A stretch of 64,000 nucleotides of DNA from Acidimicrobiales bacterium (GTDB taxonomy: Bacteria; Actinomycetota; Acidimicrobiia; Acidimicrobiales; SZUA-35). Under the pieces are notes generated by a model, which was not told where the DNA came from, made no database searches, and was given only the letters and a program-made list of their open reading frames with translations. Below, piece after piece: positions 37,800 to 47,985 of this stretch (positions are counted from its first letter, which is position 1; each line of letters begins with the position of its first letter). The translations under genes were made by a program, and so were the position numbers. The stretch is taken from NCBI GenBank assembly GCA_965263455.1, contig CBDHHN010000002.1, forward strand, positions 6,938-70,937, read 5' to 3'.

Positions 37800-38392
37800 C
37801 CCTGGTCGAACTCCCGGCCGGTGCCGTCGCCCCCCGATTCGGCCGCCGCTACCATCCAGGCGTGGTCGATTCCGCCGACCAGTTGGAAGCGGCGTTCGTT
37901 GCGGGCGATCCGGATTCCCTCCGGCTCATGCACCAGCGGTTCGGTGATGACGTGCATCGCCTGTGTCTGCGCGCCGTTGGCGTCGACGACGCCCCCGACG
38001 TGGCCCAGGAGGCGTTCCTGGCGGCCTGGCGTGCCCGGCACCGCTTCAACCCCGACCGGGGCAGCCTGGCCGGGTGGGTCGTCGGCATCGCCAAGTACAA
38101 GGCCATCGATCACCTCCGCCGCCGGGCCCGCCAGGAGCGGACGACCGAGCCGACGCCGGTCACCGGCAACGAGGCGGTCGAGCAGCTGGCGGAGCAGATC
38201 CTGGTGGCCCGGGCCATGTCCGCCCTGCCCGAACGCATGCGCCAGACGATGGAGCTGGCCTTTTTCAGTGATCTGACCCACACCCAGATCAGCGATAAAA
38301 TCGGTTCACCGCTCGGGACGGTGAAGAGCGACATCCGCCGGGGACTGGCCCGGATGCGACGAGAACTGGAGGGCCTCGATGCTGCACGGTGA
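37796..38392 (+). CDS. ECF-type RNA polymerase sigma-70 factor (SigK-like)
   Basis: Region 2 is DVAQEAFLAAWRARHRFNPDRGSLAGWVVGIAKYKAIDHLRR. Region 4 is LPERMRQTMELAFFSDLTHTQISDKIGSPLGTVKSDIRRGL. There is an ATGA overlap with the sortase gene. Confidence 0.92.
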   Translation: MTLVELPAGAVAPRFGRRYHPGVVDSADQLEAAFVAGDPDSLRLMHQRFGDDVHRLCLRAVGVDDAPDVAQEAFLAAWRARHRFNPDRGSLAGWVVGIAKYKAIDHLRRRARQERTTEPTPVTGNEAVEQLAEQILVARAMSALPERMRQTMELAFFSDLTHTQISDKIGSPLGTVKSDIRRGLARMRRELEGLDAAR

Positions 38393-39059
38393 CCGTGACG
38401 ACCGCCTTCTCGCCGCCCTTCGGGGCGATGCCGTCACCGGTGAGGACCGGGACGAGGTGTTCGAACTGCGTGCCGCCAATCGGGTCGGCACCATCGCCCG
38501 GTCGATGGAGACCGAGGTCCCCGCCGACCTGTCGGGTGTGATTGAGCCGGTACCGGCCCTCACCGACTTCGACCGGATCGCCGCCGCCCTGGGCGACGAG
38601 CTGGCGGCACCGGAGGAACGGGCCGAGATCATCCCGCTGCGTCGCAACCGGGCCCCCCGGGTCTGGCTGCCATCGCTGGCTGCGGCCGCCATCGCCCTGC
38701 TGGCCGGCGCCGCCTTCCTCCTCCGCCCGGGCGACGCCACCACCAGCGAGGAGTTGGTCCTCGACACGCTGCTGGAGGGCGAGGCCAGCGCCGAGCTGAT
38801 CCGCCAGGGCGACGACTACCGTCTCCGGGTGGAGATCGACGGCCTGACCACGTCCAACGGCTATCTGGAGTTGTGGCTGATCGACCCCGAGGTCACCCAG
38901 CTGGTGTCGCTGGGACCGATCCGGGCCGACGGCGAGTATCCCCTGCCGTCAGGGCTCGATCCGGCCGCCTTCCCCGTGGTCGACGTCTCGGTCGAGTCCT
39001 TCGACGGCGACCCGACCCACAGCGGCCAAAGCGTCTTCCGAGGCCAGTTCGAGCTCTGA
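38379..39059 (+). CDS. Anti-sigma-K factor RskA-like (single TM helix, extracytoplasmic RskA domain)
   Basis: The central TM helix is WLPSLAAAAIALLAGAAFLL. The C-terminus is YLELWLIDPE...LVSLGPI...VVDVSVESFDGDPTHSG. It overlaps the sigma gene by 14 nt. Confidence 0.82.
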   Translation: MLHGDRDDRLLAALRGDAVTGEDRDEVFELRAANRVGTIARSMETEVPADLSGVIEPVPALTDFDRIAAALGDELAAPEERAEIIPLRRNRAPRVWLPSLAAAAIALLAGAAFLLRPGDATTSEELVLDTLLEGEASAELIRQGDDYRLRVEIDGLTTSNGYLELWLIDPEVTQLVSLGPIRADGEYPLPSGLDPAAFPVVDVSVESFDGDPTHSGQSVFRGQFEL

Positions 39060-39240
39060 TCGGCCGCCCCGGAAGGCCGGCGATGAGGGCCGGCTCCGGG
39101 AGGTATCCGGCGTCGGCCCGGCGCACCAGGAATCGAGCCGGTGACCGACCCCGGGGTACAGTCGTGGTCCGCACCGGGCCGGTGCCGGCCCCGGGCCGAG
39201 GACCGACCGGCGGACTGAGCTGGGTCGGAAGGAGCCGGAC

Positions 39241-40734
39241 GTGCTGGGAAGGTTGTTGTCGGGTCGCAACCGGCGGCCCTCGACGCCGTCATCGCCGGCC
39301 GGTGACGATCCGTTGGTGACCGATCTGGTGGCCGCCCTCGATCCCGACCGGGTCAGGGTCGACGGGGCCCACCGGTCGTTGCTGAGCCACGACGCCTCGG
39401 TGTTCGAGGGCGGAGTCGCCGGACCGGTCTGCTACCCGACCACCACGGCCGAGGTCCAGGCCATCGTGCGGGCGGCGGTCGAGCACGGCTGCGACGTCGT
39501 GCCCCGGGGGGCCGGCACGGGTCTGGCGGGCGGGGCCATCCCCCTCGGCCGACCGGTCGTGATCGCCCTGACCCGGATGAACCGGATCCTGGAGGTCGAC
39601 CTCGCCAACGACGTGGCCTGGGTAGAGCCGGGCGTGGTGAACCTCGACCTCACCCGTCACCTGCAACCCCTCGGCTACCACTTCGCCCCCGATCCCTCGA
39701 GTCAGCAGGTGTGCACCATCGGGGGCAACGTGGCCAACAACTCGGGTGGACCCCACTGCCTCCTCTATGGCGTCACCAACGCCCACGTCATGGCCCTCGA
39801 AGTGGTGTTGGCCTCGGGCGAGGTGGCCATGTTGGGCGGGCTCGAGGCCGAACCGCCGGGCTATGACCTGCGTGGGGTGTTCGTCGGGGGCGAGGGGATG
39901 CTGGGGATCGCCACCCGGATCGCCGTCCGCATCACCCGCAACCGCCCCGAGGTCCGGACCCTGCTCCTGTCGTTCGACTCGGTCCACGCCGCCGCCACCA
40001 CCGTGAGCACCGTCATCGCCGAGGGCGTCGTGCCCGCGGCCATGGAGGTGATGGACCAGCGGATCACCCGAGCGGTGGAGAACTACGTCGGGGCCGGCTA
40101 CCCCACCGACGCCGCCGCCGTTCTCCTGGCCGAGGTCGACGGGGTGGGGGCCGGCATCGACCTCGACGCCGAGCGCATCGCCGAGATCGGACGGCGGTGC
40201 GGGGCCACCGAGGTCCGCCTCGCCGCCGACGACGAGCAGCGGGCCCTCCTGTGGAAGGGACGCAAGACCGCCTTCGGGGCGGTGGCCCAGATCGCCCCCA
40301 ACTACTACCTCCACGACACCGTGGTCCCCCGTTCGGCCCTGGCCGAGGTCCTGGAGCAGGTCTACGCCATCGCCGACCGCCACGACGTCCTGGTGATGAA
40401 CGTGTTCCACGCCGGCGATGGCAACCTGCACCCCCTGCTCATCTTCGATCGCCGGGAGGAGGGTGTCCTGGATCGGGTCCACGCCGCCGGGGCCGAGATC
40501 ATCACCGCCTCCCTCGACGCCGGCGGGGTCCTGTCGGGCGAGCACGGGATCGGGGTGGAGAAGCAGGCCTACATGGGGCGTCTGTTCACCGACGACGACC
40601 TGGACCACCAGGACCGACTCCGCCGGGCCTTCGACCCGGCATGCCGGGCCAATCCGGGCAAGGTGCTGCCCATGGGGCACAGTTGCGCCGACATCCAGGC
40701 TCTCCGCTCGGTTCCCCGGGACGTGTGGGGATGA
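39241..40734 (+). CDS. glcD: Glycolate oxidase subunit GlcD (FAD-linked oxidase)
   Basis: VVPRGAGTGLAGGAIP in the FAD-binding PCMH domain, and SGEHGIGVEK at the C-terminus. It is followed by glcE and glcF. Confidence 0.9.
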   Translation: MLGRLLSGRNRRPSTPSSPAGDDPLVTDLVAALDPDRVRVDGAHRSLLSHDASVFEGGVAGPVCYPTTTAEVQAIVRAAVEHGCDVVPRGAGTGLAGGAIPLGRPVVIALTRMNRILEVDLANDVAWVEPGVVNLDLTRHLQPLGYHFAPDPSSQQVCTIGGNVANNSGGPHCLLYGVTNAHVMALEVVLASGEVAMLGGLEAEPPGYDLRGVFVGGEGMLGIATRIAVRITRNRPEVRTLLLSFDSVHAAATTVSTVIAEGVVPAAMEVMDQRITRAVENYVGAGYPTDAAAVLLAEVDGVGAGIDLDAERIAEIGRRCGATEVRLAADDEQRALLWKGRKTAFGAVAQIAPNYYLHDTVVPRSALAEVLEQVYAIADRHDVLVMNVFHAGDGNLHPLLIFDRREEGVLDRVHAAGAEIITASLDAGGVLSGEHGIGVEKQAYMGRLFTDDDLDHQDRLRRAFDPACRANPGKVLPMGHSCADIQALRSVPRDVWG

Positions 40735-41660
40735 CGGCCGCCGTCCGCCCCGACGATCCGATCCTGCACGATTTCGCCGACCTGATCGGCGCCGAGGACC
40801 GGGTGGCCGTGGTCGGGGGCCGGACCCGATGGGACGTCGGGGGCGCACCGACACAGCCCGTCCGCCTGGTCGAGGCCCCGACCGGCATCGTCGATCATCG
40901 GCCGGAGGAGATGACGGTCCGGGTCCGGGCCGGGACCACGGTGGCCGAACTCGATGCGACGCTGGCCGCCGCCGGCCAGCGTTGCGCCCTCCCCGACCGG
41001 GGCGGCACGGTCGGCGGAGCCCTCGCCGTGGGCGAGAACCACCCCGAGGCCCTGGCCCGGGGTCTGATCCGCAACTGCGTGCTTCAGGTCCGGTACGTGT
41101 CGGCCGAGGGTCGGCTCATCTCCGGTGGCGGCCCGACGGTCAAGAACGTGACCGGCTTCGACCTCCCCCGGATCATGGTCGGCTCGCTGGGGACCCTGGG
41201 CCTGCTGGCCGAGGTCATCCTGCGGACCAATCCCATCCCCGGCGCCTCTCGTTGGCTGCGGGCCGAGGGCGTGGCTCCGGCCGCGGTACTGGATGCCGTG
41301 CTGGCCCCGTCGGCCGTGCTGTGGGATGGAGCCGACGTGTGGGTCCACCTGGAGGGTCACCCGATCGACGTCGACGCTGCGGAGGGGGCCCTGGCCGGGA
41401 TCGGCCGCTTCGGGCCCACCCAGGGCGCCCCGGCCCTTCCCCGCCACCGTTGGTCGGTGGCCCCGGCCGAGGCTCGGGAGTGGTCGGCCGACCGGGCCGG
41501 ACCGTTCGTGGCCGCCCTCGGCCTCGGCCTGGTCTGGGCCGAGGAACCACCGCCCCCGGCGACCGTCGACCCCGGCGTGTCCACCGTCAGCCGTCGTCTC
41601 AAGGACGTCTTCGACCCGACGGGACGGCTCAACCCGGGCCGCGATCCCCTCCGTCGCTGA
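40731..41660 (+). CDS. glcE: Glycolate oxidase FAD-binding subunit GlcE
   Basis: From ATG 40731 (ATGA overlap with glcD): MTAAVRPDDPILHDFADLIGAEDRVAVVGGRTRWDVGG...VKNVTGFDLPRIMVGSLGTLG. Confidence 0.85.
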   Translation: MTAAVRPDDPILHDFADLIGAEDRVAVVGGRTRWDVGGAPTQPVRLVEAPTGIVDHRPEEMTVRVRAGTTVAELDATLAAAGQRCALPDRGGTVGGALAVGENHPEALARGLIRNCVLQVRYVSAEGRLISGGGPTVKNVTGFDLPRIMVGSLGTLGLLAEVILRTNPIPGASRWLRAEGVAPAAVLDAVLAPSAVLWDGADVWVHLEGHPIDVDAAEGALAGIGRFGPTQGAPALPRHRWSVAPAEAREWSADRAGPFVAALGLGLVWAEEPPPPATVDPGVSTVSRRLKDVFDPTGRLNPGRDPLRR

Positions 41661-41698
41661 AACGCTTCCCGATCACCGACCAACCACCCGGACCGACC

Positions 41699-42868
41699 AT
41701 GGACCTTCGCCTCGATCCCGACGAACTCAACAAGTGCGTGCAGTGCGGCCTGTGCCTTCCCCACTGCCCCACCTACCGGGTGACCGGCGACGAGACCCTG
41801 TCGCCCCGCGGTCGAATCAAGTTGATGCGGGAGGTCCACGACCACGACGCCCCGGTGACCGACGACGTGCTCCACGCCTTCGACAGCTGCGTGCAGTGCC
41901 GGGGCTGTGAACCGGCCTGTCCGTCGGGTGTGCCCTACGGGCACCTGATCGAGCAGACCCGCTCCACCCTGGCCACCGAGGGACGGGCCGGCTCTCGCTG
42001 GCTACGCCTGGCGCTGCGTCCCCTGGCCTGGCCCTCGGTCCTGCAGATGGGGGCCCGGGTCGCGGCCGTGGTGCAGCGGACGGGACTCGTCCCGGCCCGC
42101 CTGGGCCTGCCCCCGGGGCTTCCCCTCCGCAACCGCCCGCTCCCGGTGACCGGCGACGACGTGTACCTGTTCACCGGGTGTGTGATGGACGCCCTGCAAC
42201 GCGACGTGCACCGGGCCGGGATCGACGTCCTGGGGGCTGCCGGGTTCGGGGTCACCCCCACCGGTTCGTCGGCGCCGTGTTGCGGCGCCCTGCACGCCCA
42301 CGCCGGTCTGGGGGCCGAAGCCCGGGATCGGGCCCGCGCCACCATGGCCGCCCTCCCCGGCTCGCGGCCGATCCTGGTCGACTCGGCCGGATGCGGGGCC
42401 GCCATGAAGGAGTACGGCCACCTCCTCGGCACCGACGAGGCCCGGGCCTTCTCGGCCCGGGTTCACGACATCGCCGAGTTCGTGGCCCGCCATCTGGACC
42501 GGCTCCCGAACGTGGAGCCCCTCCCGACCCGGGTCGCGGTCCAGGACCCGTGCCACCTCCGGCATGTCCAGCGGGCCCACGCCGCCACCCGGACGATGCT
42601 CGCCCCCCACGTCGGCGAACTCGTCGAGCTCGACGACGACGGCCTGTGCTGTGGCGCCGGGGGTGCGTACTCCCTGCTCCAACCCGAACTGGCGGGGCAG
42701 ATACGGGAACGCAAGCTGGCCGTGATCGAGGGCCGACGACCGGACGTGGTGGCGAGCGCCAACCCCGGGTGCTCCCTGCACCTGGCTGCGGCCGGGGTAC
42801 CGACCCGGCATCCGATCCAGCTCGTGGACGACGCCGTCAACGGCCGTCCCGCCCGCCTCCGCCCCTGA
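41699..42868 (+). CDS. glcF: Glycolate oxidase iron-sulfur subunit GlcF
   Basis: Two 4Fe-4S motifs, CVQCGLCLPHCP and CVQCRGCEPACP, plus CCG-domain cysteines (PCCGA, GLCCGAGG). Confidence 0.9.
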   Translation: MDLRLDPDELNKCVQCGLCLPHCPTYRVTGDETLSPRGRIKLMREVHDHDAPVTDDVLHAFDSCVQCRGCEPACPSGVPYGHLIEQTRSTLATEGRAGSRWLRLALRPLAWPSVLQMGARVAAVVQRTGLVPARLGLPPGLPLRNRPLPVTGDDVYLFTGCVMDALQRDVHRAGIDVLGAAGFGVTPTGSSAPCCGALHAHAGLGAEARDRARATMAALPGSRPILVDSAGCGAAMKEYGHLLGTDEARAFSARVHDIAEFVARHLDRLPNVEPLPTRVAVQDPCHLRHVQRAHAATRTMLAPHVGELVELDDDGLCCGAGGAYSLLQPELAGQIRERKLAVIEGRRPDVVASANPGCSLHLAAAGVPTRHPIQLVDDAVNGRPARLRP

Positions 42869-42961
42869 ACCGGGCGGGCGGCCGTCGGTCGCCGCGCACC
42901 GCCGACGGAGACCGCCGACGGGCGCCCCGTGGCGGCCGTCGGTGGCCCCTTGCCACCATTC

Positions 42962-42996
42962 CAATCGTGTGTTTGAATAAATCAAACACACGATTG
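42962..42996. promoter_or_regulatory. 15-bp perfect inverted repeat in an AT-rich island; probable TetR operator
   Basis: CAATCGTGTGTTTGA-ataaa-TCAAACACACGATTG lies 52 nt upstream of the TetR GTG start and 94 nt after the glcF stop. Confidence 0.6.
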
Positions 42997-43047
42997 ATAC
43001 CCGGGATCGACCGCACCGACGGGCCAGGCTCGTCGAAGGGGACCGAC

Positions 43048-43665
43048 GTGCCGACCGACGCCACCACCACCGCCATCCTCGACGCCGCCGAGCGGATCCT
43101 GGCCGCCAAGGGCTACGACGCCACGTCCATCCGGGAGATCACCCGGGAGGCCGGCGTCAACGTGGCCGCCGTCAACTACCACTACGGCGACAAGCCGACG
43201 TTGCTGCGAGCGGTGACCGACCGGATCACCGAGCCCCTGGTCGAACGGCGTCACCGCCTCCTCGACCTGGCCGAGGCCGGCGCCCATCCCGACCCCCCGA
43301 CGCTGGAAGCCGTGCTCGACGCCTTCATCCGGCCCGACGTCGAGGCCCTGCAACACCTGTCGACCCGCGGCCCGACGGTGGCCCACTTCCTGGGCCGCAT
43401 CTACGCCGACCGAACGCCGTGGATCCAGGAGATGGCGTTGGACCAGTTCTCGGCCACCAGCCGGCGTTTCCTGCCCCGCCTGGCCGCCGCCGCCCAGCTC
43501 GATCCGGCTGAGACCGAGTGGCGCCTCACCCGCATGGTGGCCGTCATCCTCCACACCTTCGCCACCTGGCCCCCGGGCGGCCTCGATGACGGCGACGCCG
43601 ACCGGCTGGTACGCCGGCTGGTGTCACTGTGCGCCGGCATGTTCCGGGCCCCCACCGTGACCTGA
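43048..43665 (+). CDS. TetR/AcrR-family transcriptional regulator
   Basis: ILDAAERILAAKGYDATSIREITREAGVNVAAVNYHYGDKPTLL is the TetR HTH. GTG start at 43048, in frame within track ORF 42178-43665. Confidence 0.9.
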   Translation: MPTDATTTAILDAAERILAAKGYDATSIREITREAGVNVAAVNYHYGDKPTLLRAVTDRITEPLVERRHRLLDLAEAGAHPDPPTLEAVLDAFIRPDVEALQHLSTRGPTVAHFLGRIYADRTPWIQEMALDQFSATSRRFLPRLAAAAQLDPAETEWRLTRMVAVILHTFATWPPGGLDDGDADRLVRRLVSLCAGMFRAPTVT

Positions 43666-43792
43666 ACCCCTCGCAGGTCGCCGACGTGTGGCGACCTCGA
43701 CGCCCGTCCCCGACACCGCTTCCACACGCTCCGGGGACGGGCGCTGAACACCGCCCACCGTCGGTGGGCCGTACCCGAAAGAGAGCATAGAC

Positions 43793-44677
43793 ATGACCAC
43801 CATCGTCGAGCGGCCCGCCTGGCTCGGGCCCGACACCTACCCCTTCACCCCGAGACGGCTCGACCTCGACGGCGACACCGTCGCCTACGTCGACGAGGGG
43901 ACGGGTCCCGTGCTGCTGTTCGTCCACCTCGGCCTCTGGTCCTACGTGTTCCGCGACGTCATCGTCCGCCTCCGCTCCGACTTCCGCTGCATCACCCTCG
44001 ATCCTCCCGGTTTCGGGCTGAGTCCGACCCCGGGCGATGGCGAGGCGCTCGGCTACGACGAGCTCTCCGAACTGCTCGGCCGGTTTGTCGACGCCCTCGG
44101 CCTGGAGCACATCACGCTCGTGGCCCACGATCTCGGCGGGCCGGCATCGGTGGCCATGGCCGGGCCCCGGGCCGATCGCATCGCCGGCCTGGTGGTGGTG
44201 AACACCTTCCTGTGGGAGCCCGATCGCCGGGCGTTGCGGACGATGTTCCGCCTCATGGGCAGCCGAACCCTCACCGCGCTGGGTGCGGCCACCAACCTCA
44301 TTCCGCGGCTGTCGTCAGGTCGGGTCGGGGTCGGCCGACAGCTCGACGCGGCGAGCCGGGCCGCCTTCCTCGGGCCCTACCGGGAGCGGGACCGCCGACG
44401 GCGGTTCCACACCACGATGCGATCCGCCTTCGAGCACCCCGAGGTCACTCGACGCGCCGAACGGGTTGCCACCACCGTGTTGCGCCGCACCCCGGTGCTG
44501 ACCGTGTTCGGTGAACGCAACGACCCCTTTGGGTTCCAGGCCCGGCACGCCTCGGTGTTCGACGACCACGAGGGCCTGGTCATCCCGGGCGGCAACCACT
44601 TCCCCATGGCCGACGACCCCGAGCGGTTCGCCGATGCCGTCCGGGACTGGCACCACCGCAAGGTCGACCGGGCCTGA
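43793..44677 (+). CDS. Alpha/beta hydrolase, haloalkane-dehalogenase-like
   Basis: PVLLFVHLGLWSYVFR and VAHDLGGP (Asp nucleophile elbow). 294 aa. Confidence 0.85.
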   Translation: MTTIVERPAWLGPDTYPFTPRRLDLDGDTVAYVDEGTGPVLLFVHLGLWSYVFRDVIVRLRSDFRCITLDPPGFGLSPTPGDGEALGYDELSELLGRFVDALGLEHITLVAHDLGGPASVAMAGPRADRIAGLVVVNTFLWEPDRRALRTMFRLMGSRTLTALGAATNLIPRLSSGRVGVGRQLDAASRAAFLGPYRERDRRRRFHTTMRSAFEHPEVTRRAERVATTVLRRTPVLTVFGERNDPFGFQARHASVFDDHEGLVIPGGNHFPMADDPERFADAVRDWHHRKVDRA

Positions 44678-44740
44678 GCCCCGGCGCCCTCGTCCGAGGG
44701 CCGACGGCGGGCCTTGCCGGTCCGCCGTCGGCGCTCGGTA

Positions 44741-45286
44741 CTAGCCCCGGGGCTCGTCGGCCACCTCGACCTGGAACGAGCCGGCCTGGAAGTCGGTGAT
44801 CTCGATGGTTGCGTCGTAGATGTCGCCGTTGTCGGGATCGGTCAGTTCGCAGTCGAACGTGTTGTCGGTCCCGACCGCCACCGGACCGTCACCGCAATCG
44901 AAGTTCTCGTAGCCCAGGGTCCGCCCGGCCTGCGCCTCGATCAGGTCGACGGCTGCCACCTCGATCCCGGCCAGATCGTCGGCCGTGACCAGGTTGACCG
45001 AGTCGACGTTGACCACGTCGTCCTCGCCGATCACGGCCGTCCAGCGGATCTCGCCCACCTCGCTGGTGGACGTGCAGGTGAAGGCGGTCCCGGGCGACTC
45101 GTCGACCGGGTCGTCGCAGGTGGCCGACATGTCCGTCAGGCCCAACTCGTCGGCCAGCTCCCCCTCGATGAGATCCTCGGCTCCCGAGGCGGCATCGCCG
45201 CCGAAATTGAACTCGAACGAGCAGCCCCCCAGAACGAGAGCGGCCACGGCCAAGCCGAGGCGTCCGGTGAGCGCGGTGCGGTGCAT
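44741..45286 (-). CDS. DUF4333-like lipoprotein
   Basis: From ATG 45286: MHRTALTGRLGLAVAALVLGGCSF (lipobox). It has two Cys-containing repeats (TCDDPVDESPGTAFTC and DCGDGPVAVGTDNTFDC). Confidence 0.75.
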   Translation of the reverse strand: MHRTALTGRLGLAVAALVLGGCSFEFNFGGDAASGAEDLIEGELADELGLTDMSATCDDPVDESPGTAFTCTSTSEVGEIRWTAVIGEDDVVNVDSVNLVTADDLAGIEVAAVDLIEAQAGRTLGYENFDCGDGPVAVGTDNTFDCELTDPDNGDIYDATIEITDFQAGSFQVEVADEPRG

Positions 45287-45401
45287 GGGTCTGGTCCTCC
45301 TCGACGAGCCCGAACCAACCGGCCCGGGGCCGCGCCGACCGGCCCTCGCCGGTCCACGGTCAGCCGTACCGTATCGACTGGAGGTTGTCCCGATGTTGCG
45401 C

Positions 45402-45427
45402 GCCGAGGAGACCTTCGTCTCCTCGGC
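45402..45427 (-). terminator. Hairpin after the ABC ATPase gene (end of the sugar operon)
   Basis: GCCGAGGAGAC-cttc-GTCTCCTCGGC forms an 11-bp perfect stem with a 4-nt loop, 26 nt past the stop at 45453. Confidence 0.6.
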
Positions 45428-45452
45428 CACGCTGGCGAGCGTCGGCCCGGAA

Positions 45453-46632
<1,180 letters not shown>

Positions 46633-46640
<8 letters not shown>

Positions 46641-47985
46641 GGCGCTCCTCTTTTCCTCCCAGCTTCTCGCTGAGAACTCGATCCCGATACCAGTGGGCGC
46701 TGGCCTTGGGTTTGCGCTCGAGACCGGCGGGATCGATAGCGACCAGTCCGAACGTCTTCCGATAGCCCTCGGCCCACTCGAAGTTGTCCATCAGTGACCA
46801 TGCATAATAGCCGTCGACGGGCACGCCGGCCTGTCGAGCCCGGGCCACCTCGGCCAGGTGCCCGCTCAGGTAGTCGATGCGGTCCGCGTCGTCGACCGTG
46901 CCATCGGGCCTGGTCCGGTCGTCGGGCATGGCAGCGCCGTTCTCGGTGATCAGGTAGCGCCGGAACCGGTGCCGGTCGTGCAGCCCGATCAACAGGTCGC
47001 CCAGGCCGCGGGGGATGATCTCCCACCCGAAGTCGGTGACCGGACCCTCCGGGTCGAGCACGGTGCCGTCGGCGGCCAGGCGCTGGCACGTGTAGTAGTT
47101 GATGCCGAGCACGTCCACCGGCGCCGCGATCAGTTCGAGGTCGCCGGGCCGAATCTCGGCCTGATCCCACTCCAGGCCCGCGACCCCCTCGGCCGGGTAG
47201 CCGAGCCCGGCCAGGGGCTCCACGTACCATCGGTTCTCCCAGGCGTCGACCACGGCCGCCGCCGTCCCCGCCTCGGGGGTGGGCAGGATGGGGGTGAAGT
47301 TGAGCACGACCCCGACCTCGGCCCGCGGGGCGGCGGCCCGCAGGACGGGTACGGCCAGACCGTGGGCCAGAAGCAGGTGATGAGCCACGGCCAGCGCTTC
47401 GGGCAGCGACTGCCGACCGGGGGCGTGGACGCCCAGGCAGTGCCCGTGATGGGTGCTGACGAAGGGCTCGTTGAGCGTGAACCAGGTGTCGACCCGGTCG
47501 CCCAGCCGTTCGGCCGTCACCTGGGCGTAGCGGGCGAAGGCCTCGGCCGTGGACCGTTCCCGCCAGCCACCCCGTTCCTCCAGGGCCTGGGGCAGATCCC
47601 AGTGGTAGAGGGTGGGGGCCGGGGTGATGCCGGCCTCGAGCAGGGTGTCGACCAACCGGTCGTAGAAGTCGAGCCCAGCGGGGTTCACGGCACCGTCTCC
47701 GTCGGGGACGACGCGGGGCCACGCCACCGAGAACCGGTACGAGTCGAGCCCGAGCCAGCGCATCAGGGCGACATCGTCGTCGACCCGGTGGTAGTGGTCG
47801 CAGGCCGTGATCCCGTCGGAGCCGTCGGCGATGGCCCCGGGCACGGTGCAGAAGCGGTCCCAGATGCTCTCGCCCTTGCCGTCGGCGTCGGCTGCGCCCT
47901 CGATCTGGAACGACGAGGTGGCGGCCCCCCACACGAACCCGGGACCGAGGAGGGCCGAGGACGAGGTGTCGGCGTGATCGGTCAC
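46633..47985 (-). CDS. GH1 beta-glucosidase
   Basis: FVWGAATSSFQIEGA, TLNEP (acid/base Glu) and ITENGAA (nucleophile Glu). Confidence 0.95.
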
